NCBI GenBank assembly: GCA_951406725.2
Contig: OX597832.1
Coordinates: 60,016,001-60,080,000, forward strand
Source of the DNA: Octopus vulgaris
Lineage: Eukaryota
DNA: 64,000 nucleotides
Reading direction: 5' to 3'
Positions 53,153-64,000 of the stretch are shown here, one piece after another (positions within the stretch are counted from its first letter, which is position 1; each line of letters starts with the position of its first letter). A model generated the notes under the pieces. It ran no database searches and had not been told where the DNA came from. It saw only the letters and a program-made list of their open reading frames with translations. The position numbers and the translations under genes are program-made.

Positions 53153-53246
53153 AGGTGGCTTGTCAAGAGACAACTACTAAAATGTATTCTAATCGAAAAA
53201 AGCGAGACGGATTTTAAAAAACGAGGTGCCTTTTGACAAGCCACCT
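53153..53246. mobile_element. 94-bp MITE-like element with 23-bp imperfect terminal inverted repeats
   Basis: AGGTGGCTTGTCAAGAGACAACT / AGGTGCCTTTTGACAAGCCACCT (outer 14 bp perfect). No clear TSD. Confidence 0.55.
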
Positions 53247-53403
53247 GACGAGAAGCATTTGCACCAATGATGCACTACAACTGTTTGTACAGCATCTTAT
53301 CCGTGAGGCACCGATGCGCGATGGATCGAAACGATCGTAATGAATAATAAAGAGTTTCATGAATTCCATTCTATTTCTCTCATATTGTGTTTGTATACGA
53401 CGA

Positions 53404-53580
53404 TGATAGTCAGTGTACCATTTCTCCGCATTCTGATTTCAATTCCCGCCAAGGTCAACTTTGCCTTCCGACCTTTCGAACAGTCAAATGCTGGGGTCGA
53501 TGTAAGCGATTATGCCCTTCCCCTGAAAATTGTTGGCCGAATGCCTAAATGAGAAACACTTGTGGTAATACATAAAATTC
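53404..53580 (+). repeat. Copy 2 of the local direct duplication
   Basis: See 52262-52440. Confidence 0.85.
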
Positions 53581-53875
53581 TTCTTCTTCTTCTTCTTCTT
53601 CTTCTTCTTCTTCTTCTTCTTCTTCTTCTTCTTCTTCTTCTCCTCCTCCTCCTCCTTCTTTTTCTTCTTCTTCTTCTTTTTCTTCTTCTTCTTCTTCTTC
53701 TTCTTCTTCTTCTTCTTCTTCTTCTTCTTCTTCTCCTCCTTCTTCTTCTTCTTCTTCTTCTTCTTCTTCTTCTTCTTCTTCTTCTCCTCCTCCTCCTTCT
53801 TCTTCTTCTTCTTCTTCTTCTTCTTCTTCTTCTTCTTCTTCTTCTTCTTCTTCTTCTTCTTCTTCTTCTTCTTCT
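53578..53875. repeat. (TTC)n/(TCC)n polypyrimidine tract, ~300 bp
   Basis: Direct reading; triplex (H-DNA) potential is inferred. Confidence 0.95.
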
Positions 53876-54008
53876 TTCAGTTTCCGCCTATCAAATCCAC
53901 TCACAGGGTTTGTGTCGGTCCAAGGCTATAGTAGAGAACACTTGCCCAACGTGCCACGCTGAGGGACTGAACTCAGAACCATGTGGCTGGGAAGCAAATT
54001 CTTTACCA
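53872..54008 (-). mobile_element. SINE family A, 5' half
   Basis: Contains TTCTTTCAGTTTCCG..CAAATCCACTCACA..GGGACTGAAC. Confidence 0.8.
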
Positions 54009-54171
54009 CCCATTTTGTCAAAGGGTTAGAACATTACGATTTATATTTCCCATAACCACGTTGTCACCCTTCCTTCAAACCCATTTCTTTCTCAAACTTT
54101 CTCCCTCGCACTCTCTCCCACTTCATCCTCATCCCCTTCTCTTTCTCACCCCAGCCCCCACATCTCCCTCT

Positions 54172-54204
<33 letters not shown>

Positions 54205-54370
54205 ACTCCGTCTAGTATTTGGGGTTGTCAAATGTTTTGGTATCTTCGTGTTTATTTTATACTCGATGTCTCACATACACGAAATACCTTAGAAAAGGGG
54301 TTGAAATGTCATGGAAATTATTGCAGAAGTTTCACATACCTGGTTTACAAATCAGGCATAATAAGTAGTA

Positions 54371-54446
<76 letters not shown>

Positions 54447-54632
54447 CAGCAGCAGCAGCAGTAGTAAAGGGTCAGCAGTATCTTTCCCCGAATATCACAT
54501 ACCTTGTACACCTAGCCAAATACCATATATATATTATTAATATATGTATTATTAATGAGTCAAGCAAAGCTCGACCTGTTAGAAATACCAGCTAAATTCT
54601 TGCTTCAATCACGCATTCAGCTATGTCGTTCT

Positions 54633-54845
54633 ACTATTCTTTTACTTGTTTCGGCCGTTTGACTGCGGCCATGCTGGAGCACCGCCTTGAAGGGTTTTAG
54701 TTGAACACATCGACACCAGGATTTAAATTTTAAAACCTAGTACCTATTCTATCGGTTTCTTTCGCTGAACCGATAAGTTACGGGATGTAATCACACCAGC
54801 ATCGATTATCAAGATGAAGTCGGGACAAACACAGACGCAAAGACA
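54633..54845 (-). mobile_element. SINE family A, 3' half
   Basis: Tail and body present. Confidence 0.8.
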
Positions 54846-54849
54846 TTTA

Positions 54850-54967
<118 letters not shown>

Positions 54968-54972
54968 AGTGG

Positions 54973-55345
54973 CAGGCGTGGCTGTGTGGTATGATGCTTG
55001 CTTACGAACCACATGTTTCAGGGTTCAGTCCCACTGCGTAGCACCTTGGGCAAGTGTCTTCTACTATAGCCTCGGAGCGACCAAAGCCTTGAGTGGATTC
55101 GGTAGAAGGAAACTGAAAGAAACCCGTCGTATAATGTATATGTGTGTGTGTTTGTCCCCCCACCATCACCTGACAACCGGTGTTGGTGTGCTTCCGTTCC
55201 CGTAACTTAGCAAGTCGGCAAAAGGGATCGATAGAATAAGTACTGGGCTTACAAATAATAAGTTCTGGGGGGCGATTTGGTCGACTAAAGGCGGTACTCC
55301 AGTATGACCTAAGTCCAATGACTGAAATAAATAAAAGAATAAAAA
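54973..55345 (+). mobile_element. SINE family A
   Basis: Full copy. Confidence 0.9.
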
Positions 55346-55355
55346 GATATATATA

Positions 55356-55408
<53 letters not shown>

Positions 55409-55429
55409 TTGTGAAAGAGGACAACAAAC

Positions 55430-55540
55430 GGTGAAGCATAACAAGCATCTCAAGTCATATACATTATTTGTCCTCATCTTGTTTGTTGTTAACACAACGT
55501 TTCGGGTGATATACCGTCCAGAATTAATCAGATGTCTTGT
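55430..55540 (-). mobile_element. pLTR-like fragment with degenerate hammerhead
   Basis: Minus strand acat-CTGATTA-attctggacggtatatcaccc-GAAA-CG-TT-gtgt (55492-55535). Stem I intact, G8 mutated. Confidence 0.55.
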
Positions 55541-55610
55541 TATTTTTATTATTATTATTTTTATCATCATCATCATCATCATCATCATCATTATTATTAT
55601 TATTATTAGT

Positions 55611-55691
<81 letters not shown>

Positions 55692-55696
55692 ATCAT

Positions 55697-55768
55697 TATT
55701 CAGGTCACTGCATGGAATCGAACTCGGAATCTTGGGGTTATTAGACTTCGGTCTTAACCACTAATCCA
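55697..55768 (-). mobile_element. tRNA-like head followed by (TAA)n (short SINE or tRNA pseudogene)
   Basis: Minus strand TAGTGGTTAAGA..CCAAGATTCCGAGTTCGATTCC, with A and B boxes. Confidence 0.55.
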
Positions 55769-55844
55769 CTAATCCACTAATCCACAAATTAAAAAATATT
55801 TTTGTTGTTTTTGTAAAATCTCAGAAAATAATTAAAAATTCACA

Positions 55845-55955
55845 TTTGGTCGGCTCGAGGCTACAGTAGAAGACACTTGTCCGGGGTGCTGCGCAGTGGG
55901 ACTGAACCCAGAACCGCGTAGTTGGAAAGTAAATTTCTTACCGCAAAGCCACGCC
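55845..55955 (-). mobile_element. SINE family A, 5' fragment
   Basis: Contains GAGGCTACAGTAGAAGACACTTG..GCAGTGGGACTGAACCC. Confidence 0.8.
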
Positions 55956-56979
55956 TAGGTTTATGGTGGATATGCATGTGAAAAATTGTTTTAAGGAGCG
56001 CAAAATTAATGCCTCATTTCCCTACCAGGGTGGTTTTCTCGACTGTCTCAGGCTAAGGGTATGTCTATCTTCTTCAAAAAGAAAAAAAAAAGATAGCGGA
56101 AGTGAGAGAGAGAGACAGACAGACAGACAGAGACTGAGGAGGTGGAGAGAAAAAGATAGAGGGAAGGCGAGTGAGTGAATGAGAGAGAACGATGAATTCG
56201 TTAATGTCGTCCTTGACCTGATAAAAATTGCATGAATAACTGGAATGAGTTTGATCGTAGTTCTGCTCCCCCTGAGTTGACAAAACATCTACACAACAGC
56301 CACAATGGCATGCGAGGAGTAATAACTCTTGCCGTTTCGCAATGCCGACTACATTACAACAAAGCCGCCTCTGCCCCTCTCTCTCTCTCTCTCCCACTTC
56401 CCCCCTCTCTCTCTCTCTGCCGCCATATCGCAGTCTCTGATGTTATTTCTCACGTACTTAGTCTTTCGGCATCAACTTCATTTCGGGATAACTTTTGATG
56501 TCTTTGCGGATGCTTAACATATTGGCTACTTTAAGGTGCCCTTCTTCCCTTTCTTTCTGCCTCTCTTCATTCCTTCTTTCCTTTCTTCCTTTCTCTCATT
56601 CATGTGTTTTGTCCTATTCGCTGCGGTGCAGTTTTCTGTTTCCTTCCTTAACACACCACACCATTACTCCGCTGAAGAACATTTATTTTCTATCATTGAC
56701 AATTTCGCAAATTTATTTATTCAAGGTTTTTTGTCTTTTAGAAGCTATTGCCATCAATCTGTGTTTCATTGTTTGGTCCGTTCTTTTAGAAGTGCTGTCT
56801 TTTTGCCCTCCATCCCACTGAGAACGCTAAAATTCAGTACCAGTCGAGTACTGGGGTCGGCAGCATCGTCTAACCCACACCACTCAAACCTGCTGGTCTT
56901 ATACTAAATTACAATCCGTCATAACCATCATCATCATCACCATCATCATCATGCTCATCGTCGCCGTCGTCATTATTTC

Positions 56980-57190
56980 TAGGGCGATGAGCAGACAGAA
57001 TCATTACCGCATCGGACAAATACTTAGCGGCATTTCATTCGGCTTTACGTTCTGAGTTCAAATGCCACTGAGGTCTCCTTTGCCTTTCATTCTTCTGAGG
57101 TCGATGAAATAAGCAGCAACTGAACACTGGGGTCGATATAATCGATTAGCCCCCAACCCCAAAACTACTTCCAAACTCTGAAACCATCAT
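56980..57190 (+). mobile_element. SINE family B
   Basis: Reads GGCGATGAGCAGACAGAATC..ACGTTCTGAGTTCAAAT..GCCTTTCATTC..CACTGGGGTCGAT. Confidence 0.8.
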
Positions 57191-57499
57191 TGTCGTGTTG
57201 TTGTTGTTGTTGTTGTTGTTGTTCGTCCATCGACATGTATTGCACATCCCTGCTGTAATTTTTTGTTATTTATATTGTACATTCTTTACCGTTGTCTAGG
57301 TAATCTAGCCAGGACCTTAGGGAGCTGGTTAGTTTTTCTCCATTTGTAGCCCTTAAGGCCTAATTCGAACTTGTTGAACAAATACGCCCCTCGCTTTTCG
57401 CTTGAAAATGGATGGTAGATGAAGGTTGTTTGTCTGCTGAAAAGAACAGCCAGTTATCTGCAGAACAGCCAAATTGTAAGTCAGTGACAGCAGCAGCAG

Positions 57500-58060
57500 T
57501 AGTAACAACAACAACAACAAAATAGCCCGCGAAATCTACGAAAGTTACTTTCCGCTGCTAAAAAAGCTTTAGCCCCACCATCACCATCGCAGGAACAACG
57601 AAAGAAATCAAAGACAACAGAAAGTAACAACAGCATTAGCGAGAACATTTTCACTTTCGCTACCACCGCCAGTAGCAACAGCAAACCCACCAGCACCGCC
57701 ATCAGCACCAATATCATTAACGAAAACAAACAAGAACAAGGAAAACGAACCATGCAAGTGAACTGTTAACGGTTTCCGATGCAACGCGGCAAATAAGTGA
57801 TTAAATATTTATAACCGAAATTATTTATATTGGAGAAAATAGTACTGAAGGTCTCTAGATCTGTCCAGCACGAAACAAACTTGTGGACAGTTATATACAA
57901 GACAAATGGAAGAAGTAGAAGAAAAGAGCAGGCAACACACCAGCAAGTAGAAAAATGTCTGCGAACAATTTGGAAGAGCAAAACTTATATAGCGAGGAGG
58001 GAAAGATATGGGACTGTCGAAGTGAGGAAGATATGGGACTTCCTCAGCGGAGGAAGTCAA
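57500..58060 (+). pseudogene. Possible decayed LINE ORF1 (gag-like) fragment
   Basis: An S/T/N/Q-rich open stretch is followed, after stops in the same frame, by VEKCLRTIWKSKTYIARRERYGTVEVR. The resemblance to L1/Tx1-type ORF1 is from memory only. Confidence 0.3.
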
Positions 58061-58449
58061 AATGCACACAAGAACCACCCTTACGAGTGACGAACTCATC
58101 ATCATCCTTATTTATCTTGGCCGAAGTGTGTTTAATATAAAAATATTAAATGTACCACCAGATCAAGAACTGCTGGTTGGTGGCTGCGGTTCTTTTCTGA
58201 ATACTATAAACATAAGCGAACAATTTTGTTAGATTCAGTGGTGCGGGATTACTGTGGCTGAAGAGACGCACAACGAGGTCGAAACGCCGATGCCTTAAAG
58301 ACTCCTTAGCTCAATGAATCATCTAAAAATGATATTCTCTGTAGACAAAATACAAGTGATTAGCATATTCACTTTTGACTCTACTACATTCATAAATAGC
58401 TACGTCGTCGTTTCGTCTTTGGCTGTTTACAATTCTCGTGATGATTATT

Positions 58450-58625
58450 GGTTTCAGATTTTGGCACGAGGCCAGCAATTTCGGGGAAGGTGGAAAGTCG
58501 ATGACATTGACTCCTGTGCTCAACTAGTACTTCTTTTATCGACCCCAAAAGGATGGAAAGCAAAGTCAAATGTAAACAAGGACAGAATACCATTAACTGA
58601 TTTTCCTGGTGTGCCAACGGTTCAG
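58450..58625 (-). mobile_element. SINE family B, degenerate
   Basis: Contains TTTTATCGACCCCAAAAGGATGGAAAGCAAAGTC. Confidence 0.7.
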
Positions 58626-59265
58626 CTTTGCTTGTTTAGTTATCATCTTCTCAAAGACTGTCTTCTGAATGTGTTCGTTTCAGAATTTGGCAAATAGGTT
58701 CCTAGATTTGCCAAAATCGTTAGAGCAATAAAAAGAAGAAAAAGCTTTGCGATATTCGTTCCGGCTCTTTTTTAAAGTTTTCAGCTCAAATGCCATAATT
58801 CGCCATATTGTGATTAAAAATAGCTATTTCTAGATTCGGCTAACGATGATGATAAAGATCCAATGCTGTAGTGACGGTGTGTCGATTGGAACAACATCCC
58901 AATAACAACAAGAGAAACAAACGAATCTTGCACAAGCTTGGATAAACGCTTGAACACAATATACATGCATGTATGTATGGGTGTGTGCGTGCGAGCGAGT
59001 GTGCTTGTGTTTGTGTGTATGCATATGTATATAGATATGTATATGTATGTGTGTGTGTGTGTATATAATAGATTTACAGACATCCATATATGCACGCCCC
59101 TCTCTCTCACTCTCTCTCTCTCTCCCTCTCACATATTCTCTCTCTCTCTCTATACGTATGTGGGTGTACATATTATATCAAAATTGCAATATGAGATTAT
59201 GTTGTCACTCTGTAAAATATATTTTATCATACTTTACAGCTTACACACACAATCGCACACACACA

Positions 59266-59335
<70 letters not shown>

Positions 59336-59473
59336 GATATACACTCGCCCACACATTCATAGATTGCTTCATGGACAAATAGTTAAGTAGTTAGGTAACT
59401 GGTTTTATATATATATATACATACAAAATACATATACATACATATATATATATATACATACACACATAGATAC

Positions 59474-59514
<41 letters not shown>

Positions 59515-59541
59515 ATATATATGCATACATATATATATCTA

Positions 59542-59623
<82 letters not shown>

Positions 59624-60484
59624 TATGTATGTATGTATGTATGTATGTAGATGTAATACATATATATTTTTTATATATATATATAGTGTCAGAGACTGAG
59701 AGAGAGAGAGAGAGAGAGAAAGTTGACAGATAATAAGTAGGTGGTTGAGATGACATAAGGTATGATCAGATCTATGAAATTAAACGTTAGCGTATCTAAG
59801 GTAGCAGTATGAACGAAAAGGAAGTAAAAAGACAAAGAAGTAAAAAGAAAAAGAAAAAGAAAAGAAAAAAGGCCTAATAAACATGCTTAACATGGTAATC
59901 ACAACACGCATGAGGACTGAATGCTTAACTATTAACCATCTCCCCGTTTTCAAAATAACAACCATCTCCATTTTATTTGCATTTTTGGAAGTTCTTTTTT
60001 TTTCTTTGGCTAAGGGAAATAACCTGTAATATATATTATGTATACGTAATATAGTTGTTTTCGTTTCTTTTTTTGTTCTTACGTTGGTGGCCCTCTGTTT
60101 TTTTTATAATTTCTTTTCTTTTCTTTTTTGTACAGGGAGTATCATCGTACGACAGACAGCTCCATCAAATGATAGAGGTAGGAAAGACAATAAAATGTAC
60201 CCGGTTTTACTAGCAGAACGAAAGGCTATTTTTGGTTTCACCACGTCATTTCGGACATCTTAAACGAAGCTAAAACGTTCTCAACATATTTATTGTTAAC
60301 ACGGAACACGGTTTAATGCCCGACTTGTTTAACGAAACAAGATATACCCAAAACCTTCCATTTTCGCCCATTTTTCTCCGTTGCTTTTCATTTTACTCTC
60401 AATATTTTTATTCGTCTTCCTTCCTTTTTTCTTTCCTTTTTCTTCCCTTTTCCCACACACCCGCTCTTTCTCTCCCTCTCTCTT

Positions 60485-60549
<65 letters not shown>

Positions 60550-60645
60550 AGCATTTGTTTTACTTTTTTTACTTTCTATAGTTTTTTTTTCATACTACTT
60601 CTTTTCTTCTTGTCTCTCGTTCATCCTCTCTTTCTCTCTCGCCCT

Positions 60646-60682
<37 letters not shown>

Positions 60683-60999
60683 TTCTCTCCTTCTCTTTCG
60701 GAATTTTCTAGATTCATTCTTCCTGTCTTTTTCTTTTGCTTCCTTTTTATTTTTTTTGTTTAATTTTTTTAAAATTCTGTATTAACTTCATCCTCCTTTT
60801 CCCTTCTTTTTCTCTTACCACTCTTTCATTCTTTCATTCTTTCATTCTTTCCTTCCATGCTTCTTTTTTTTTCGTTCATCCGTCTTTCCTTCTTGCAACT
60901 GGGTTTTATTCTCCATGATTACATAACACGATCGTAACACATCGCAGCAAATACACACACACACACAAACACACACATTCTCTCTCTCTCTCTTTCTCT

Positions 61000-61400
61000 C
61001 TCTCTCACACACACACACATACACACACATACTCATAATGACACACATATAAAGAATGATACACACACAGATAACTACGCATACACACACGAAGCCACAC
61101 ACACATACACGCAATTTTACACACGCGCATAATTCCAAGCAAACATATACACACAAACACACACACAGCCAAAACAAAAAAATCACACACACACACAATG
61201 AGGCACACACACACACACACAACAAACAAAGCACACGCACAATGACACATAAACACACACTCACACATAAAGATACACAAACACACACACAAAGGTAACA
61301 AAAGAAATGTATGCACAATGACACACACACACTCACACACATAACTCCAAGCAAACATATACACACAATCATTCCCACAAACGCACACGCACACACACAA

Positions 61401-61431
<31 letters not shown>

Positions 61432-62010
61432 AACACACACACATATACACACACGTTCACACATAACTCCAAGTAAGCATATACACACAAACACACACAG
61501 ACACACACAAACGCATATGCACAACCACAAACAAGCATACACAATGACACACACATACATAATTTCAAGCAAACATATACACACAAACACACACACACAA
61601 ACGCACACACACAAACGCACAAACACACACACACAACCACAAAAAAGCACACAGAATGACACCTGCATACACACATAGATAACTTCAAGCAAATATATAC
61701 ACACAAACACACACACACAAACGCACACACGCAACCACAACAAAAATAGCATACACAATTACACACACACACACACACTCACTCACACACACACACACAC
61801 TCACACACACACACTCACTCACACACACACACACTCACACACACATAAGTCCAAGCAAACATATACACACAAACACACATACACATAAACACACACATAT
61901 AACCACAACCAAAAAAACAAAAGCATGTACAATGACACACAGACACACTCACTCACACACAATTTTACACACACACACACACGTACACGCATACACACAA
62001 ACACACACAA
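61000..62010. repeat. CA-rich higher-order minisatellite (~100-210-bp units)
   Basis: Anchor ATAA(C/T)T(C/T)CAAGCAAACATATACACACAA, with small variants, recurs six times (~61128, 61340, 61462, 61558, 61678, 61844) between variable (CA)n. Confidence 0.85.
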
Positions 62011-62580
62011 CAACACACTCGCTTCTAACTTTAAAAAAAAACCAACTCGAAACATTCAATGCAAACGGCCAATAACACTTACGTTACACTGTCACTCCTA
62101 CGTAAATGGCGGAGAGGCAAGGAATATCCATTGCTTCTTTTTCGGGAGGTTTTTTGTATTTATTGTTTCATGTTTTTTGTTTCGTTTTGGTTTGGTTTTG
62201 ATTTGTTATTTTTTTGTTTTGTTTTTTTTTTTTTTGCTCCCTTTCTTTCTTCCTTGCTTCCTTTCGACCGTTCTTCCCAAATATCCATTTTCTTGTAACA
62301 ACGTCTGCACATGTTTTACGACTTTACAGCTCGTTTCATTGGAAAGGGGGAAAGGAAAGGGAAAACAACAACAAGAAGTAGAACAAGAACAAGAACAACA
62401 CCAACAGCAACAACAAATGAACGCATCAAATAACAAACAAGTTAACAAACATACAAACATATATAAGGTAACAGTAAAGCAAGTGAAAAAAATAATATTG
62501 TAAAAGAGAGAAAAGATACACATAGACACACACACACACATACATACATACATACATACATACATACATACATACATACA

Positions 62581-62645
<65 letters not shown>

Positions 62646-62656
62646 GCATGCATACG

Positions 62657-62690
<34 letters not shown>

Positions 62691-62808
62691 CGTATTCATA
62701 CACACACACATCTACATATAGAGAGGACGAGAGAGAGACAGACAGATAGACAGAGACAGAGAGAGACTGAGAGAGGATCAGAAAAAAGAAAGAAAGAGGA
62801 AGAAAGGC

Positions 62809-62900
<92 letters not shown>

Positions 62901-63599
62901 GGACAATAAGGTTGTTAGATACGTACGCAGGAAGATAGATCGTTATAAAGAAAGATAAAAATAGAGATATTGATGTAATGAAATATAGAGGGAGAGGGAG
63001 TAGAGAGAGGAGGGAGAAAGAGAAGAACGGATAGGAAAGTAGCGAGAGAGATTGGAAGACAGAAAACGTAAGAAAAGGAAAAAAATAAAAAGAAAGAAAG
63101 AAAATATAAAACAAATAAGAAGGAACAAAAGGATGAAAATGGCAAAAATGAACGACATAAAGAGTGAAAGAAAGAAAAAGTATGGAAGATGGCTAGTTAC
63201 GTAAGAAATGAGTTACAAAGATAGATTTGACCCCGGGCGGGATTTGAACTCAGAACATAAAAATCTCGAAGCCGTGGATAAAGTCTGCCGAGATTCTGTT
63301 TTTTTTCAATGCTTTCACCAAACGAATTGGGTCTTTATGCTTCATTTTCTATTTTTGGTTCTTTCCTCATCTCATACATCCCACCCCAGTTTACAAACAT
63401 TCACACAAGCCACTGCTATATCAATTCCATATCTTTGATCCTTCAAGGGAGAATCTTTATAATCTCTCAACCTGCGCGAAACAACAGCCAAGTCTCATTG
63501 GATAGCATGGTCTGCTTTCACTGCTTTTCATCATAAGTCTGCTCATCGAGAACAGGCATAAAGCTAAACCGGTGTACCAAAACTCCAACGTCTTCGCAT

Positions 63600-63740
63600 A
63601 TTTATTTCTTCACACCAATATGTCATTCCCTCTCGTCTTTTTCTCTCTCTTTCACTTCTTCACTTTCTGATGAAGTTGAAACGTCCGAAACGTTACACCT
63701 TTCCTTCTTTACGGTCATTCAATTATCAAACACTTCCGCA
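63600..63740 (+). mobile_element. Family H-like element with hammerhead core
   Basis: ttt-CTGATGA-A-GttgaaacgtcC-GAAA-CG-TT at 63664-63694; stems degenerate. Confidence 0.5.
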
Positions 63741-64000
63741 AACCATCTTTCGAAATAATCATTATTGGTGTAGACAATCAGCAGTTTCTTCATGACGGAT
63801 TCTTTCGAATATTTCTGCATACGTACACCCAGGAATAGACAACGTTGATGGAATGGACAACGTTTCAAAGGAATTAGCGAGCAAAGTGACTGAGTATTCC
63901 ACATCACATATACACTTCGTGTAATTCTCCGGTAAAATCAGCGTGTCACAAATGACACAATATTTAGCTTTTGAATTACAGTTATACCCCCAGATTTCCC

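Overview
AT-rich eukaryotic DNA saturated with microsatellites. I infer an octopus genome, because the repeat families resemble the tRNA-derived octopus SINEs I know; this was not checked against a database. I find no recognisable host protein-coding gene, and nearly all ORF-track entries are microsatellite translations. The window is intergenic or intronic and holds many copies of at least four tRNA-headed SINE families. It also holds decayed LINE fragments: two CR1-group, three R4/Dong-type with restriction-like endonuclease, one Tx1/L1-type and one Penelope-like. The main observations are: (i) about 13 minimal type-I hammerhead-ribozyme motifs in short inserts, mostly flanked by (TA)n; (ii) a ~390-bp fold-back of two inverted hammerhead units whose transition mismatches are almost all G:U-compatible on the + strand, lying just downstream of a 5S-rRNA-derived element; (iii) a ~1.4-kb array of ~30 copies of a near-palindromic 21-mer with overlapping ETS-, STAT- and kB-like motifs; (iv) a LINE 3' end sharing its stem-loop tail with the commonest SINE; (v) retrotransposons lodged in specific microsatellites. 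All coordinates and counts were read by eye and may be off by a few bases.
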